In this document: in pieces, positions 24,594-38,400 of the stretch
Layout of the letters: every line of letters starts with the position of its first letter
Position numbering within the stretch: the first letter of the stretch is position 1
Origin: Octopus sinensis
Taxonomy: Eukaryota
Assembly: GCF_006345805.1 (NCBI RefSeq)
Contig: NW_021832549.1
Coordinates: 1 to 60,707 of the forward strand
Length of the DNA stretch: 60,707 nt
Direction of reading: 5' to 3'
Notes under the pieces: generated by a model
Told to the model about the DNA's origin: nothing
Databases searched by the model: none
What the model saw: only the letters and a program-made list of their open reading frames with translations
Translations under genes and position numbers: made by a program

Positions 24594-27154
24594 AGACATT
24601 CAATATTCTCCCTGCTTTCCTCCCTAATTTCTCCGCGAACATCGCCACACGGACGCCCGTCGTCTCCCCTCTCTCCGTCTTCCACGTCTCTTTTCTCCAT
24701 CATCTCTCCATTCCAGAATCTTATATTATTACCCTATTCTCTTCCACTAACCCTTATAACCCCCTCCCCCTCTCTCAGCCCCTGTGTGGATCCGGACACT
24801 GAGACCCGTCAAACGTCTCTGTGTTTTGGCGATTCCCTTCCTGGGGCCATCAACACACCTCCACAAATGCGTCCACATCCTTATAACCATCTGCTTAATG
24901 TTATCGGTCGTTTATTGCTATCAGAGAGCATCTGGCTCAGAGGGATCACAATCAGTGTATATATGTGATACAGAAGCAGACGCGCGCGAGTGTATACACA
25001 TGTATATATGCGAAACATACACACACACACATGTATATATATATATATATATAAATATATATATGTGTGTGTGTGTGTGTGTGCCTGTGTACACACACAC
25101 ACGTGTTTATGTGTGTGTGTTTATATATTGTGTGTGTATGTAATTATATATCTGACGTACGCGACCCCCTCTCATTGCACTAACTCTCCTGCCTTACAGG
25201 TGGCTCCCTTTGCCCCCCTGGGGCCACGAACACCCTACACCACAATAACACTTCACTTTAGGAGCCAACAAGCGAACCCTCTTCTCTAAGGTTCGAAACG
25301 ACTCTAAATTAAGCCATAATCTCCTGAAACGCACTCTCTTAGATTCCTAAATAAACAAGGCTTTTAAATGTGTTTAGACTCTGGTTTACAGGAAGACGGA
25401 ATGGACATGGCTGGAGCGGATTTGATTCTAGGTCTTGCTGTGGATCATGCCTGACCAGCAATTTTCCTTTCCACCACCATTAGGTTTATAGGGTTCCAGT
25501 CAGGGGGCAGGGTGGGACGAATATCCCCCAAGAAACCTAAGGCTAAACATCTCCCATTCTCTTTATCATTATCACACAAAGGTCCCTACATTTGGCGAAA
25601 CAAAAAGAATACGTGAACCCGGTGTTTAGGGTCAGGAGTTAGGGTTTTTGTTACGCCGAAAACGGGTGGTGTACGTATTCTTTAACCCCGCCCTACACTG
25701 ACGTTCCCTTTATTCCTTTTAGAGATGCATGAAGGTCTCTGAATCTCACCCACTGCCCCTATACACACACATACAACCGTCTGTGTATTATGCAAATGTA
25801 TAATGACAACGTATATGCGTGTGTATGTTTATATATAGCCACATATAGATAAATGCATGTGCATACAGTAGAAAGCAGTAATTGTAATCCCTTTGGGACG
25901 GATACTTTTTGATAACAATAACCAGCTGATAGCATTAAGCGGAGGATATAGCGAAGATTGAGTATTGAGTGTTTATTCAGATGTCACTAATTTTGATAAT
26001 AACATTACCTGTGATTACAATAAACGGTTTCTATCGTTTATTTATATTTATAATGCAATGTCTGTCTGTTTGTCGTCCAGTTCTCACAGCTGGCGGGTGG
26101 GGGCGACACTTGTCAAACATGTTTCAACTTGTTTATTTCAGTGTTATTTTTTGATGACGGGTGGTGGTGGTATCATGCACGGGCACTGCACCATCCCCTT
26201 CCCTTCTCACCTTTCCCCTCTGTAAATGGAGAATTACCCCTCCACCCCTTCTTCTATTTTCTTTTCTCCGGGGGTGGGGGGACAATAAATATTAGTAAAG
26301 CACAGAAGTGATAATAACAGTATAATAATAATAATGATAATCCTTTCTACTAAAGGCACAAAGCTTGAAATTTGGGGGTGGAGTTAAGTCAATTACATTG
26401 ACCCCTGTGTTCAACTGGTACTTAATTTATCGACCCTGAAAGGATAAGAGGCAAACTTGACCTTGATGGAATTTGAACTCAGAATGTACAGACGGATGAA
26501 ATGCCTCTAAGCATTTTGTCTGGCCAATGATTCTGCTAGCTTGCTGCCTCAATAATAATAATGTTTCTAATTCAGGCATAAGTCTAGTGGTTTGGAGGGC
26601 TCCCCAATACTACACTGACGATAATAATGGTTGAAAATTTTGGCACAGCAGTTTTGGGGAAAGGGGCAAATTGATTACACCAGTCCCAGTGCTCGACTGG
26701 TACTTATTTTATTGGCCCTGAAGGATAAAAAACAAAGTTGACCTTGGCAGAAGTTGAACTCATAACATAAAAGTGAACTGCCACAAAGCATTTTGCCCAG
26801 CATGCTAACAATTCTACCAGCTTACTGCCCTCATAATAATAATAATAATAATTTCTGTCATGGTGCAACATAAAGCATTTTTTGGCAAAAGTGATGGAGT
26901 TGGTTAACCCTCTGTTGATCCCTAGTACGTCTTGACCCCAGAAGGAGTATATGTATATATACTTTTTTCTTTCAGTCTCTTTCCATTTTTTACCTCTTAT
27001 TCCTTTCTGTTGAAGAGCATAGGCTCAAAACGTAAAAGACTTTTCCATTTCTCCCGAGCGTCAAACTAATACACTTGCTTGTTGTTCCTACACCTGTCTT
27101 TGTCTTTTGTTTTCTATAAATTTATACTATATATATATATATATATATATATAT

Positions 27155-28080
27155 CATCGTCTTTGTGGTTTAACATCTGCTTTCCCTGCTGGCATGGGCT
27201 GGATGGTTTAACTGAGGGTTGGCAAGCCGGGAGGCTGCACCAGACTCCAATCTGATTTGGTAAGGATCCTACAGCTAGATGCCCTTCCTAATGCCAACTA
27301 CTCTGAGAGTGTAGGGGGTGCTTTTTACGTGCTATTGACATGGAAGCCAGTCAGGCAGCCTGGCATCAGCTATGCTTAAATGGTGCTTTTTACATGCTAC
27401 TGCAGAAAAGCGAGCCCGACATAAGGGATTGACAGACCACAATCCACACACAGATGCAATCTCTGCAACTGAGACTGTTATTCTTGCATTGGTCTCCATA
27501 ACCACAGGAAGTGCTGCACTGGCCGAGCGGCCCAACCTGGACAATAACTGGATGGACGTGATACCCATGGTCAACCATGACCAAAGATGGCCCTAAAAAA
27601 ACCCCCAAAAAACATGCCACTGGCATGGGTGCCAGTCAGGCGGCACTGGCATCGGCCACAACTATGATTTCACTTGGTTTGTCAGCTCTTCTCAAGTACA
27701 GCATATCTCCAATGGTCTTGGTTGCTTGTCATTGCCTTTGTGAGACCCAACGTTTGAAGGTCGTATTTCACCACCTCATCCCAGGTCTTCCTGGTTCTAC
27801 TTCTTCCACAGGTTCCCTCCACTGTTTGGGTATGATACTTCTTCACACAGCTGTCCTCATCCATACCAGCACAGTCGTCTCTCTTGCACACCACATCTAA
27901 TGCTTCTTAGGTCCAACTTTTCTCTCAGGGCATTTACAACACTCTGTCATGTATGCACACTGACATTATACATCTAGCGAAGTATACTAGCTTCATTTCT
28001 TGAAAGCCTATACATGCCCTCAGCAGTCACAGCCCATGTCTCACTGCTGTGTAGCATGACTGTTCGCACACAGGCATCAT
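27155..28080 (-). mobile_element. RTE-clade LINE 3' fragment, decayed
   Basis: [22 protein letters not shown] and the same 3'UTR. Confidence 0.85.
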
Positions 28081-28109
28081 ATATGTACACACACACACAC
28101 ACTCATATC

Positions 28110-29360
28110 ATCATCATCATCATTTAACGTCCGTTTTCTATGCTAGCATGGGTTGGACGGTTCAACTGGGGTCTGGTAAGCCATGGAGGCTGCACCAGGC
28201 TCTAGTCTGATTTGGCAGAGTTTCTACAGCTGGATGCCCTTCCTAATGCCAACCACTCTGAATGTAGTGGGTGTTTTTTACGTGCCACCGGCACAGGGGC
28301 CAGAGGAGACTGGCAAACGGCCACGATTGGTTGGTGCTCTTACGTGTTACCGACATGGATGCCAGTCAGGCGATGCTAGTATCTGCCACATTTGGATGGT
28401 GCTTTTTACGTGTTACCGGCACAGGTGTCTTAACTACAATTTCCATTTGAATTTTTATTTTGATATTGACGTTGACTCAACAGGTCTCCTCAAGAACAAC
28501 GGGTCACTCTACGATCCAAGGTTCGCACAGCAGGCCGTCCTGCGAGCATGGACTCACTTCATTTGTCGGGTCTTCGAAGTCACAGTGTATCTACAGAGGT
28601 CTCGGTCTTTCGTCATAGCTGCTGTGAGGCTCAAAGTACGAAGGTCATGCTTGACCACCTCGTCCCATGTCTTCTTGGGTCTACCTCTACCTCTGATTCC
28701 TTCAACAGTTTGGGAGTGGCACTTCTTCACACATCTCTCCTCATCCATCCGTAGTACGTGACCATACCAACGCAATCGTCTCTCCTCCACGCTGCATCCA
28801 ATGCTTCTTATGCCCAACATTTCTCTCAGGACGCTTACACTCTGTTGTGCATAGACACTGACACTACACATCCAGCGGATCATGATAGCTTCATTTCTTT
28901 CAAGCCTACACATGTCTTCCGGAGTCACAGCCCACGTTTCACTGCCATGAAGCATGGCAGTTCGCACACATGCATCGTACAATCTACCTTTCACTCTGAG
29001 CGAGAGACCCTTTGTCGCCGGTAGTGGGAGAAGCTTCCTAAACTTTGTCCAAGCTATTCTTATTCTAGTGGTAACGCTCTCTGAGCATCCACCCCTGCTA
29101 CTAACTTGGTCACCTAGGTAGCAGAAACTATCAACTACTTCTAGTTTCTCCTCAAGCAATGTAATGGAATCTGTTTTCTGAGTATCAGTGGTGTCTATTG
29201 CCCCTGTGCATCTGCTGCACACGAAAGCTATCTTCTCGGTTAATTTTCCTTTGATATTGCTGCACCTCATATGTGTCCATAGCTTACACTGGGTACATCT
29301 TATGGAGTTTCTACCTACACCTTTTCTACAGATTGAGTAGGGCCACCTACCTGAAGGGGT
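28110..29360 (-). mobile_element. RTE-clade LINE 3' fragment
   Basis: ORF 28554-29270 FCYLGD..SS.GGCSESVTTRIRIAW.KF...LHGSETW...LRWYGHV; (GAT)n tail near 28110. Confidence 0.9.
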
Positions 29361-29584
29361 GTGTGGTGAGTTTGCCTTCCTACTTACTAGAACTTTGGTC
29401 TTTGCTACATTGACTCTAAGGCCTTTTGATTCTAAACCTAGCTATGCATATATATATCATCATCATCATCATCATCATCGTTTAGCGTCCGTTTTCCATG
29501 CTAGCATGGGTTGGACGGTTCTACTGGGGTCTGTGAAGCCAGAAGGCTTCATCAGGCCCAGTCAAATCTGGCAGTGACTGGGCC

Positions 29585-29639
<55 letters not shown>

Positions 29640-29641
<2 letters not shown>

Positions 29642-30562
29642 GTAAGAATAGCCTGGGCAAAGTTTAGAGAGCTCTTACCTCTGCTGGTGACAAAAGGCCT
29701 CTCGCACAGAGTTAAAGGCAGACTGTATGACGCATGTGTATGAACCGCCATGCTACATGGTAGTGAAACATGGGCTGTGACTGCTGAGGATATGCGTAAG
29801 CTCGCAAGAAATGAAGCCAGTATGCTCCGATGGATGTGTAATGTCAGTGTTCATACTCGACAGAATGTAAGTACCTTGAGAGAAAAGTTGGATCTAAGAA
29901 GCATCAGTTGTTGGGTGCAAGAGAGACGTTTGCGCTGGTATGGTCATGTGATGAGAATGGCTGAAGATAGTTGCTTGCGAAAGTGCCACACCCTGGCAGT
30001 TGAGGGGACCTGTGGAAGAGGTAGACCCAGGAAAACCTGAGTCGAGGCGGTGAAGCACGACCTTCGAACTTTAGGTCTCACCAAGGAAATGACTAGAGAC
30101 CGAGACCTTTGGAAGTATGCTGTGTGTGGGAAGACCCGGCAAGACCAGTGAGAACAGTCAAAATCAAACCAAATCAACATCAGTGGAAATTGCAGCTGCG
30201 GTTAAGCGAACCATCCGATCGTTTGTCCGTTGCCAGCCTCGCCTGACCCCCGTGCCGTTGGCATGTAAAAGCACCATCCGCTCGTGTCTGTTGCCAGCCT
30301 CGCCTGGCCCCCGTGCTGGTAGCACGTAAAAGCACCATCCGTTCGTGGCCGTTTGCCAGCTCTGTCTGGCACCTGTGCGGGTGGCATGTAAAAAGCACCG
30401 ACTACACTCACGGAGTGGTTGGCGTTAGGAAGGGCATCCAGCCGTAGAAACACTGCCAAATCTGACTGGGCCTGATGAAGCCTTCCGGCTTCACAGACCC
30501 CAGTTGAACCGTCCAACCCATGCTAGCATGGAAAGCGGATGCTAAACGATGATGATGATGAT
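29640..30562 (+). mobile_element. RTE-clade LINE 3' fragment
   Basis: [18 protein letters not shown]...RGRPRKT*, 3'UTR and (GAT)n tail. Confidence 0.9.
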
Positions 30563-31257
30563 TATCTGCACAGCTCGGTATTATCATTCATGTGTTGGCT
30601 GGGATCCTTCCTGTGGCAATCCCTTACCTGTTTTATAAGGGATTGTTTGTCAATGGCATGGGTTTTTGAAAGTATAGAGCAATGGTTTGTTATGTCAACA
30701 AGGAATGTAAATATCATACTGTTTCTCTCGTCAGTGACAAACGGAAGCCGTAGAATGTGAACTCACAGACACACACACACACACAGTAGACTTCCATACC
30801 CTTTCAAAAGACATTGGTTAACCTGGGCCTGTCATGGAAGAGACCCAAGGTGCTGTGCAATGGGATTGAACCTGAAGTTGTCTGGCTGCAATGTGAATTT
30901 AATGGCAGTCACTTGTACATGGATCATCCTCATCATTGTTTAATGTCCACTCTCCATGCTGGCTTGGGTTGGACGGTTTGACATAAAGCTTTCTGGACTC
31001 CGACTGTCTGTTGTGGCATGATTTCTATGGCCGGATGCCCTTCCTGGTGCCGACCATTTAATAGAATGTGCTGGGAGCTTTTCATGTAGCATTGGCTCAG
31101 GTGCCTTTAGTGCACCACCAGCATAGGTGCCTTTTAAGTGGCACCTTTAAGGACAAACCTGTATATGTGGAAGAGAGTGATTTTATTTAGCTTGATGTGT
31201 CTTATCAAGTACAGCAAATTGCTACATCACCCAGTCTCTTGTCATTTCCTCAGTGTA

Positions 31258-31298
<41 letters not shown>

Positions 31299-31300
<2 letters not shown>

Positions 31301-31692
31301 GAGCAAAACGCCCTCCCCCCGTCCAATGGACGGTGCTGAGTTGTCAAACATTTAAACCAAATTTTCTCAAAACAACTTGTCCGACTGTTTCATTTTGTGG
31401 CATTATTTCAAGCCAGCTGACTTCTTTTTGTGCAAACTGCACGTGGATTTTTCTCGCGTAGTGTAATGTTGATCGCAACAGCTGGTGTACTTGCGTGTAC
31501 AAATGCATGTTCCCACGGCTTTATCAATTGCATTCTCACCTAGAATCGATTTTTGTAATTATTTTAAGACTTATACACGCCCTGATACCATTGGTATCTA
31601 CATATCAAATTTGAGCGCAGTCGGATGGAGGATGCCCGAGATCCTAGAAGACACATACACAGACAGACCGAACGGATTTTATATAATAGATA
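31299..31692 (-). mobile_element. Non-autonomous Helitron-like element
   Basis: The minus strand starts TCTATTATATATAAAATCCGTTCGGTCTGTCTG and ends with the hairpin CCGTCC-ATT-GGACGG followed by CTCGT (CTAG-like). Confidence 0.65.
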
Positions 31693-32746
31693 TACACACA
31701 CACACATGTATATCAGATGTGACTCCAGTACTCAGGCTGTTCGGGCTTAGCCTGAGTATAAATTTAATAAATAAAGTGAGCATGTATTTGCAAGCTGGTT
31801 TAATTTCTGCCAACACTGACTTCAAGTATGTAATTGCAAGCTGATAACTCAGGCTCCTTTTATTGAGTCTGATTGCCGTTTATTTATTTTTGTTCAGTGT
31901 CTGATGGTCATCTTAGAGGTGCCCTGTATCAGAAAACATCATTCGTAGCAGACGTTCCTTCGACATCGTTCACACTTGCCTGACTTGGGCTCAGAAGTTA
32001 CAGTCTGAGTTGTTATCTATAATCGTGAAGATTAAAAGGAATCCAAATTCAATGTTTTCTTGAAATGATAAGTTTCTGTAGAGATTAAGATTTAAATTCC
32101 AATCTATGAGAAGTTTCCTTTCTACAATATTCTTAAAGGAATGAAAACTTATCCAGCAACTCGGGCTGATACGAATGAGCCTGGTAGGGGTAAAAGACTA
32201 ACTGGCATCTCTTGTCAAGAGTAGAGGTGACAGTCAGATCACTGATGTTTGCTGCACACTCCGCTGCTGTTATTCTGTGCATCTGTGTGTAAAGATCAGT
32301 TGTGTTTTGCAGGGTTGCTTTATTTTTGCCCTTAACTTAAAAAGGGAGAAAGACATAGTGCAAGATATAAAAAAATAAGCCATTTGGAGCTAGAAATATT
32401 GTGGGGAAACGTGAGGCATTCTTACTGTTAAATTATCTGTGCATATGTAAGTCTGCAGTGTTCATTACATCTCTTAGCTTCTTTTATAGCTTATGCGAAA
32501 TCTGTGGTAGGCCTGAGTGACATTGATGACCTGGAGTCGCCTCTAATATCTCTCTCTCTCTCTCTCTCTGTATGTATATATATATATATATATATAATTA
32601 TGTGAAATAGAAAGATTAATCTTGTTGTAGATTAATCAAAAGTTAACCGATACCTTAGTAGCAAAAATCACAGCAGTAAACAGCATGGTTGGAGGTACAA
32701 CCATCTGGCGTTGCAACCGTGCGTTGGTGCGGATAATTGAAATTAA

Positions 32747-33217
32747 AACATTATTGGTGAATTGAAGAAATGGAGCTGAACGCAGATTGAACAGAAATCG
32801 TTTTATTTCATTCTACACGTGTTTCGAAAGGCACAAATTACCAAAATCCGATTGAATAATGGGACCATATTGTGTCTTTCTCTTCAGGAAGAAAAAAGGA
32901 AATCCGTTAGAGAAACAAAAACAGAACAGAGGCGGAGCAAAAACCAAATCGAACTATGCTCCTAAGAGCCCATGGCGAAACAGTTTCGCCATGGGCTCTT
33001 AGGAGCATAGTTCGATTTGGTTTTTGCTCCGCCTCTGTTCTGTTTTTGTTTCTCTAACGGATTTCCTTTTTTCTTCCTGAAGAGAAAGACACAATATGGT
33101 CCCATTATTCAATCGGATTTTGGTAATTTGTGCCTTTCGAAACACGTGTAGAATGAAATAAAACGATTTCTGTTCAATCTGCGTTCAGCTCCATTTCTTC
33201 AATTCACCAATAATGTT
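32747..33217. repeat. Perfect 471-bp palindrome (235-bp arms, 1-nt centre at 32982)
   Basis: The arms read as exact reverse complements around ...GGCGAAAC-A-GTTTCGCC... Confidence 0.95.
33071..33157 (+). ncRNA. Minimal type I hammerhead ribozyme motif (mirror copy on the minus strand at 32807-32893)
   Basis: TTC-CTGAAGA (33077-83); stem II GAAAG..CACAA/TTGTG..CTTTC; GAAAC (33139-43); ACGT; GTA (33148-50); GAA. Confidence 0.72.
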
Positions 33218-35232
33218 ATATATATATATATATATATATATATCTGTGTGTGTTTTTGTGTCTAGTTTGTCCTCCATCGTTGCTTGACAACTGATGCTGG
33301 TGTTTTTATCTCCCTGTAACTTAGCAGTTCGATATAAGAAATTAATAGCATAAGTGCTAGGTTTTAAGAAAATAAGTTCTGGGGTCAATTTGTTTGACTA
33401 AAATTCTTCAAAGTGGTGCCCCAGCATGGCCACAATCTAATGACTGAAATAAGTTATATACATTACGTGTCCTTTCCTAGTTGTAGGATGTGAATTTGCA
33501 GTGATTTGGCTGCTATTTCTAGCATATTGAGCTACTGTATTGAGAAGGTTATTGGATGGAGTTACACGCTTGCTTGAACCCACAAACACTGGGCAATGAA
33601 CTGATGTTGCTGCACTTTAGGGTCCCAGCTGTCTTTTGTTTACATCCTTACTCTCTGCGGTCCCTTTGTTTCTCAGCTAGGAAGTAGTCCCTTTTTCTAC
33701 ATCCTTAACTCCTTTTCCTTCTCCCTTTGTCTCTCAAATCTGCTTTATTCTCTGGACCCTTTCTCCTTTTACTTTTGGCCCCAGCTGTTTGCTTTGTGTA
33801 GACTTCTTATTTAACCATAGGTCAATCCTGATCCAAAAGATTTATGATCGAAGATGTCCCAGCCGTGACCATCCCATCTTTTAATCAGACATAAGTGTAT
33901 CTAAGACTATATTATCTAATGTGCACTTCCTTCTTGTTTAGCCCTAGGTCAGTCCTGATCTAACAAACCTATGATGATTTTCCAGCCATGACCTTCCCTT
34001 CTTTTGTTAAACTCTTGGACTCCTTGATCTTTAGCTGGTCACATGACTACATTAAGGGCTAGTGTGTTGGTGTCTGATCATGTGGAATTGTGCATGACTT
34101 TTGGATGTTGTAGGGTCAAATGCTGTCTTTTACCACTGCACTATTTGAATCCTTGTAGTGACCACCACCATGAAATGTCTCCATTGTGTGATGAACACCC
34201 AAGTTGTTCCATTGTTCCACTCAGTCCCAACACCTGGCATATTACCACCACCACCACCACCACCACCACCACTGCTACTATTACTACTGATGCTCTGGGT
34301 CTTCTCTCTAATCTGTGAGGATTATCTTAATCTGGGCCTCTATTGTTCTCAGCTACTTTCCCTTTCTTTATCCCTCCCCCCTTTTAGGGTATTTATTGTT
34401 ATTAGGGGTTATGTGTTGGCAAACGACTGTAGAAATCCTATCAGAGTTTCTGGGGTCATAAAAATATCAAGTAGTGGGGAGTAGGGGGCTGTAGTGTTTT
34501 ACTCAAAATCATCAAACTTAACCCCTTAGTTTAGTGTACCACTGACTCCAACCCCTTAATTACTAATTAGCGATTAGACTAATCACATTTTTCTTATATT
34601 AGTTGAAAGCTCACAACATACAAGGTCAATGCAAATGGTGATCAAACCACTTGGTAACACCCTAACCCCTTTAAAACTTAGCTTCAAAGGCTACAGCTGT
34701 GTTGTGGTGGGATTTTTATTATTTTAAACCCTTTTGTTAGCATATTTCTGCTGAAATATGATGCCCTTGTTTTAATTAATTTTGAAAGTAATGAAGAAAT
34801 TAGTAAATTCATTCTTCTGGGGTCAGTAAAATAGAGCCCTTGTAATGTACTGGGATCAATCTAATTGATTGTTCCTTCCTCCCGCAATTTTGATTTTCTG
34901 CTTATGCAAGTGCGACCAGGTGAGACTGATCAAGATGTGTGCAAAGTGAAGAAGAGACTGTTACACATGGCTGTGCAGAGGCTGAGCATTGCTGACTTGT
35001 GGCGTTATGGCAAACATAATATGTAGGATGGACCTGGCTATTGGTTGAGTCCATTGTGTGCACTGTTCCACAAGATGGACCTGGCTGTTGGTCTAGTCCA
35101 TTGTGTGGATTGTTCCACCATCCATCTTCTTACGGGTGGGGAATACAGTAGGAACAAATGCTGCAAGGCAGGAGATCCGACTTAACATTTCATCAGTTCA
35201 ATGCCCTGTTTGGGTATTTCATTTATTACCCC

Positions 35233-35460
35233 TTAACCCTTTTGTTACTAACCCGGCCAAAACCGGCTCTGGCTCTGTGGTAAAATGTCTTGTTTTCATA
35301 AGTTCTGAATTAAAATCTTCCACCATTCCTTAGTCACAATTTATGTTCCAAACAATAGCTTAATGATAATTAAGTTATTTTACTAAATTCTTTGTTATAT
35401 TTAAAATGATTGAAAGAAACACAGAGCATCTCAATAGAAATACGGTAATGAAAGGGTTAA
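35233..35460. mobile_element. TTAA-flanked MITE (piggyBac-like termini), ~228 bp
   Basis: TTAA-CCCTTT...AAAGGG-TTAA; opposite-orientation copies at 53173-53401 and 53521-53751; a different TTAA-CCCTTT element at 5614-5803. Confidence 0.8.
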
Positions 35461-38400
35461 GGGATAAAAGGCCAAGTTGACTGAATTTGAACTCAGAGCA
35501 CAGAGGGTTGTAACAAAATCCTCAAAGTTTTCTGTCCAACACCCTAATAACTCTGTTGACCTGTCATTGGGCAGCAGAGACAGAAAAACAACTTCTTCCG
35601 GCCTTTAACTTGTCCCAAGCCACCCCTTTATGTTTAATCAGTGTAGGGTACTGGTCCTTCACTGTGTGAGTCAGCTACCTCACTTTTGTAGTCCTTTAAC
35701 TGCAGCACAGACATTCCAACCATGACCAGCCTGTTTGGGTCAGATAATATATCGAGGACTATAAGAGTCCTGTTTGTCTTTCCTTCTTTTTAAAATGGTC
35801 GACCTAGCTGCTATTTCTGTAACCACAATGAAGATAAATAAGGAAGGTAATATTTTTACCCCTGTCTGAACATGTTTTTATGAAACACTGCCCACACCCT
35901 ACACTGCTTGTATGACAGGGATGTTTGTCTACAGTTAATATGCAAAAATCAAAACAAGGAAATGGGAAAAGGTGCAGACACACGTCCTGCATAGACCTGT
36001 GTTGAACATCCATCCACCGATGTATCTACCATCATCAGTATCATTGTTCAATGTCCACCTCTCCAGGGATTAGATGGAACTTGTCAAGGCAGACTTTCTG
36101 AGGCTGGATGGCCCCTAGTTGTAAACCCTCACAAATATAGAAAAGGAACAGGTGTGGCCATGTAGTTGAGGAGTTTGTTTCTCAATCACAGCGTTTCAGG
36201 TTAAGTCTCACTGTGTAGCACCTTAAGCAAATATCTTCTACCATGCCCTCAGGTTGATGAGTCTTGCAAGTAGAATTTGGTTAACAGAAACTGGAAGAAG
36301 CCCATTATATATATATAATAATATAATATAATGAAATTATTGTATACAGTGCTCAGGTGCACCACAACTTGTCAGAGTATATGCAGTAATGTACAAATGT
36401 CTGGAAAGCGAACAATGCATGAGTCAGATACATGCTTGTGTGTGTATGGAGGGGAGAAAATCAGGTGTAGTGTTGGCGAATCTCAGAAAGCATGGAAGTT
36501 TTGAAGGATACAGTGCTCCGACAACTAACAACTGATGCCGGCAGTTTGTTCCATGCTTCAGCAACTCTTGGCGTGAAAAAATGTTTCTGAAAGTCATAGG
36601 AGCTGTGCTGTTTTCTGACTTTGTAAATATGTCCGTGGGTGTGAGACGGGTGGAGTTTGAAAAAGTGCTCAGAGTCATTGTTTCTACGATGGTTGATAAT
36701 TTTATGGGTGTCTGCCAAGTCAGCTGCCAGACGTCGGAGTTTCAATATCATCATCATCATTTAATGTCTGTTGTTCATGCTGGCATGCATTGGATGGTGT
36801 GACCAGGGCTGGCATGCTAGAGAGCTGCACCAGGTTCCGGTCTGGTATGGCATGGTTTCTATGGCCGGGTGCCTTTACAGAGTGTGCTGGGTGCTTTTTT
36901 GTGATGTCACACAGGCACTTGTACATGTCGCTGTCAGGTGCTTTTATGTGGCACCACCTCGAATGCTTTACACAACCAGAAGGATTGGTCTTAACACTTT
37001 CGCTGCAGGGCACAGATTTTGAGTATGGCCAGGTATCTCGGTCCTTTGTCATACACACACACATGTATTTGTGTATGTGTGTGTGTGTGTGTTTATACCC
37101 CTGTCTTGACATCAAGTGATAGTTGTAAACAAATGTCACTGTTATAGAAATGGTGTTATTTTCATTGTTCCATGAAAAATCTCTTAAGGCCACGAGGGAA
37201 TATTGCCTTGCTTGGTCAAACAGTTGAGGAGGGTTGGTGACAGCATCCAGCCATAACAAATCTGCCTCTACAAATTCCCTCTGACCCATACAAGTGTAGG
37301 AAAATGGACATGAAATGATGATTGGTTATATATACACACACACACACACATACATAGGATGTAGGTGTGGCTGTGTGGTAAGAAGCTTGCTTTTCAACCA
37401 CGTGGTTTGGGGTTCAGTCCCACTGCATAGCACCCTGGGCAAGTGTCTTCTACTATAGCCTCGGGCCGACCAAAGCTTTGTGAGTGGATTTGGCAAATGG
37501 AAACTGAAAGAAGCCCATATATGGTGGTGGATATATATATATATATCCACCACCACTACCATTTGACTACCGGTGTTAGTGTGTTTACGTTCATGTGACT
37601 TAGCAGTTCAACAAGAGAGAATGATAGAATAAGTACCAGGCTTATAAAAAGTAAAAGTGCTGGGGTTGATTCATTCAACTAAAATTTTAAGGTGGTGCTC
37701 CAGCATGGCTGCAGTTAAACGACTGAAGCAGAAAGTAAAAGAAAAGATCCACACACAGAATGGGCTGCTTTTCAGTGTTTTGTCTGCCTGATTCTCTCAC
37801 CAGACTTTGGTCAGCTTGGAGCTATTATTCAAACCACTTGCTCTGAGAGTCCCACAGTGGGACTAAATCCAAGGGTTCCAACCAAAGCCATCCCATCTTT
37901 TTACACGTTCACAACTATATTCTTCAACATATCCTTTTTTTTTTTTTGTTTTTTAAGGCTGTGATTTCTGGTTGTTGTTTATTTTCTGTTGAGGTTTAAT
38001 TTGTCTTTCAGCCCTTCTGGTGGGGTCTGGGAACAAAAACACCAATTGAGGCAGGGTCGAAGGCATTGGACAAAATCTTGTGTTGTAGTTGTTCCAGCTC
38101 TTTAAATTCTGGGTTTCCTGTCTTATGTGGAAAATTTGTCTATGTTCAGCTGCTAAAATGTCATTTTATAAGACATTCCTCGAGTGAGGTCATTGCCAGT
38201 ACCGACTGACTGGCCCCCGTGCTGTGGCACGTAAAAGGGCACCATTTGAGCATGATCGTTACCACCGTCGCTTCACTGGCACCTGTGCCGGTGGCATGTG
38301 TAAAAAGATTCAAGCGAGGTCATTGCCAGTGCCGCCTGGCTGGCCCCCGTGCTGGTGGCACGTAAAAGCACCCACTACACTCTTGGAGTGGTTGGCGTTA

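Noticed and set aside
30472-30478. CTGATGA followed by a hairpin in RTE tails
   Set aside because: No GAAA after the stem; not a hammerhead
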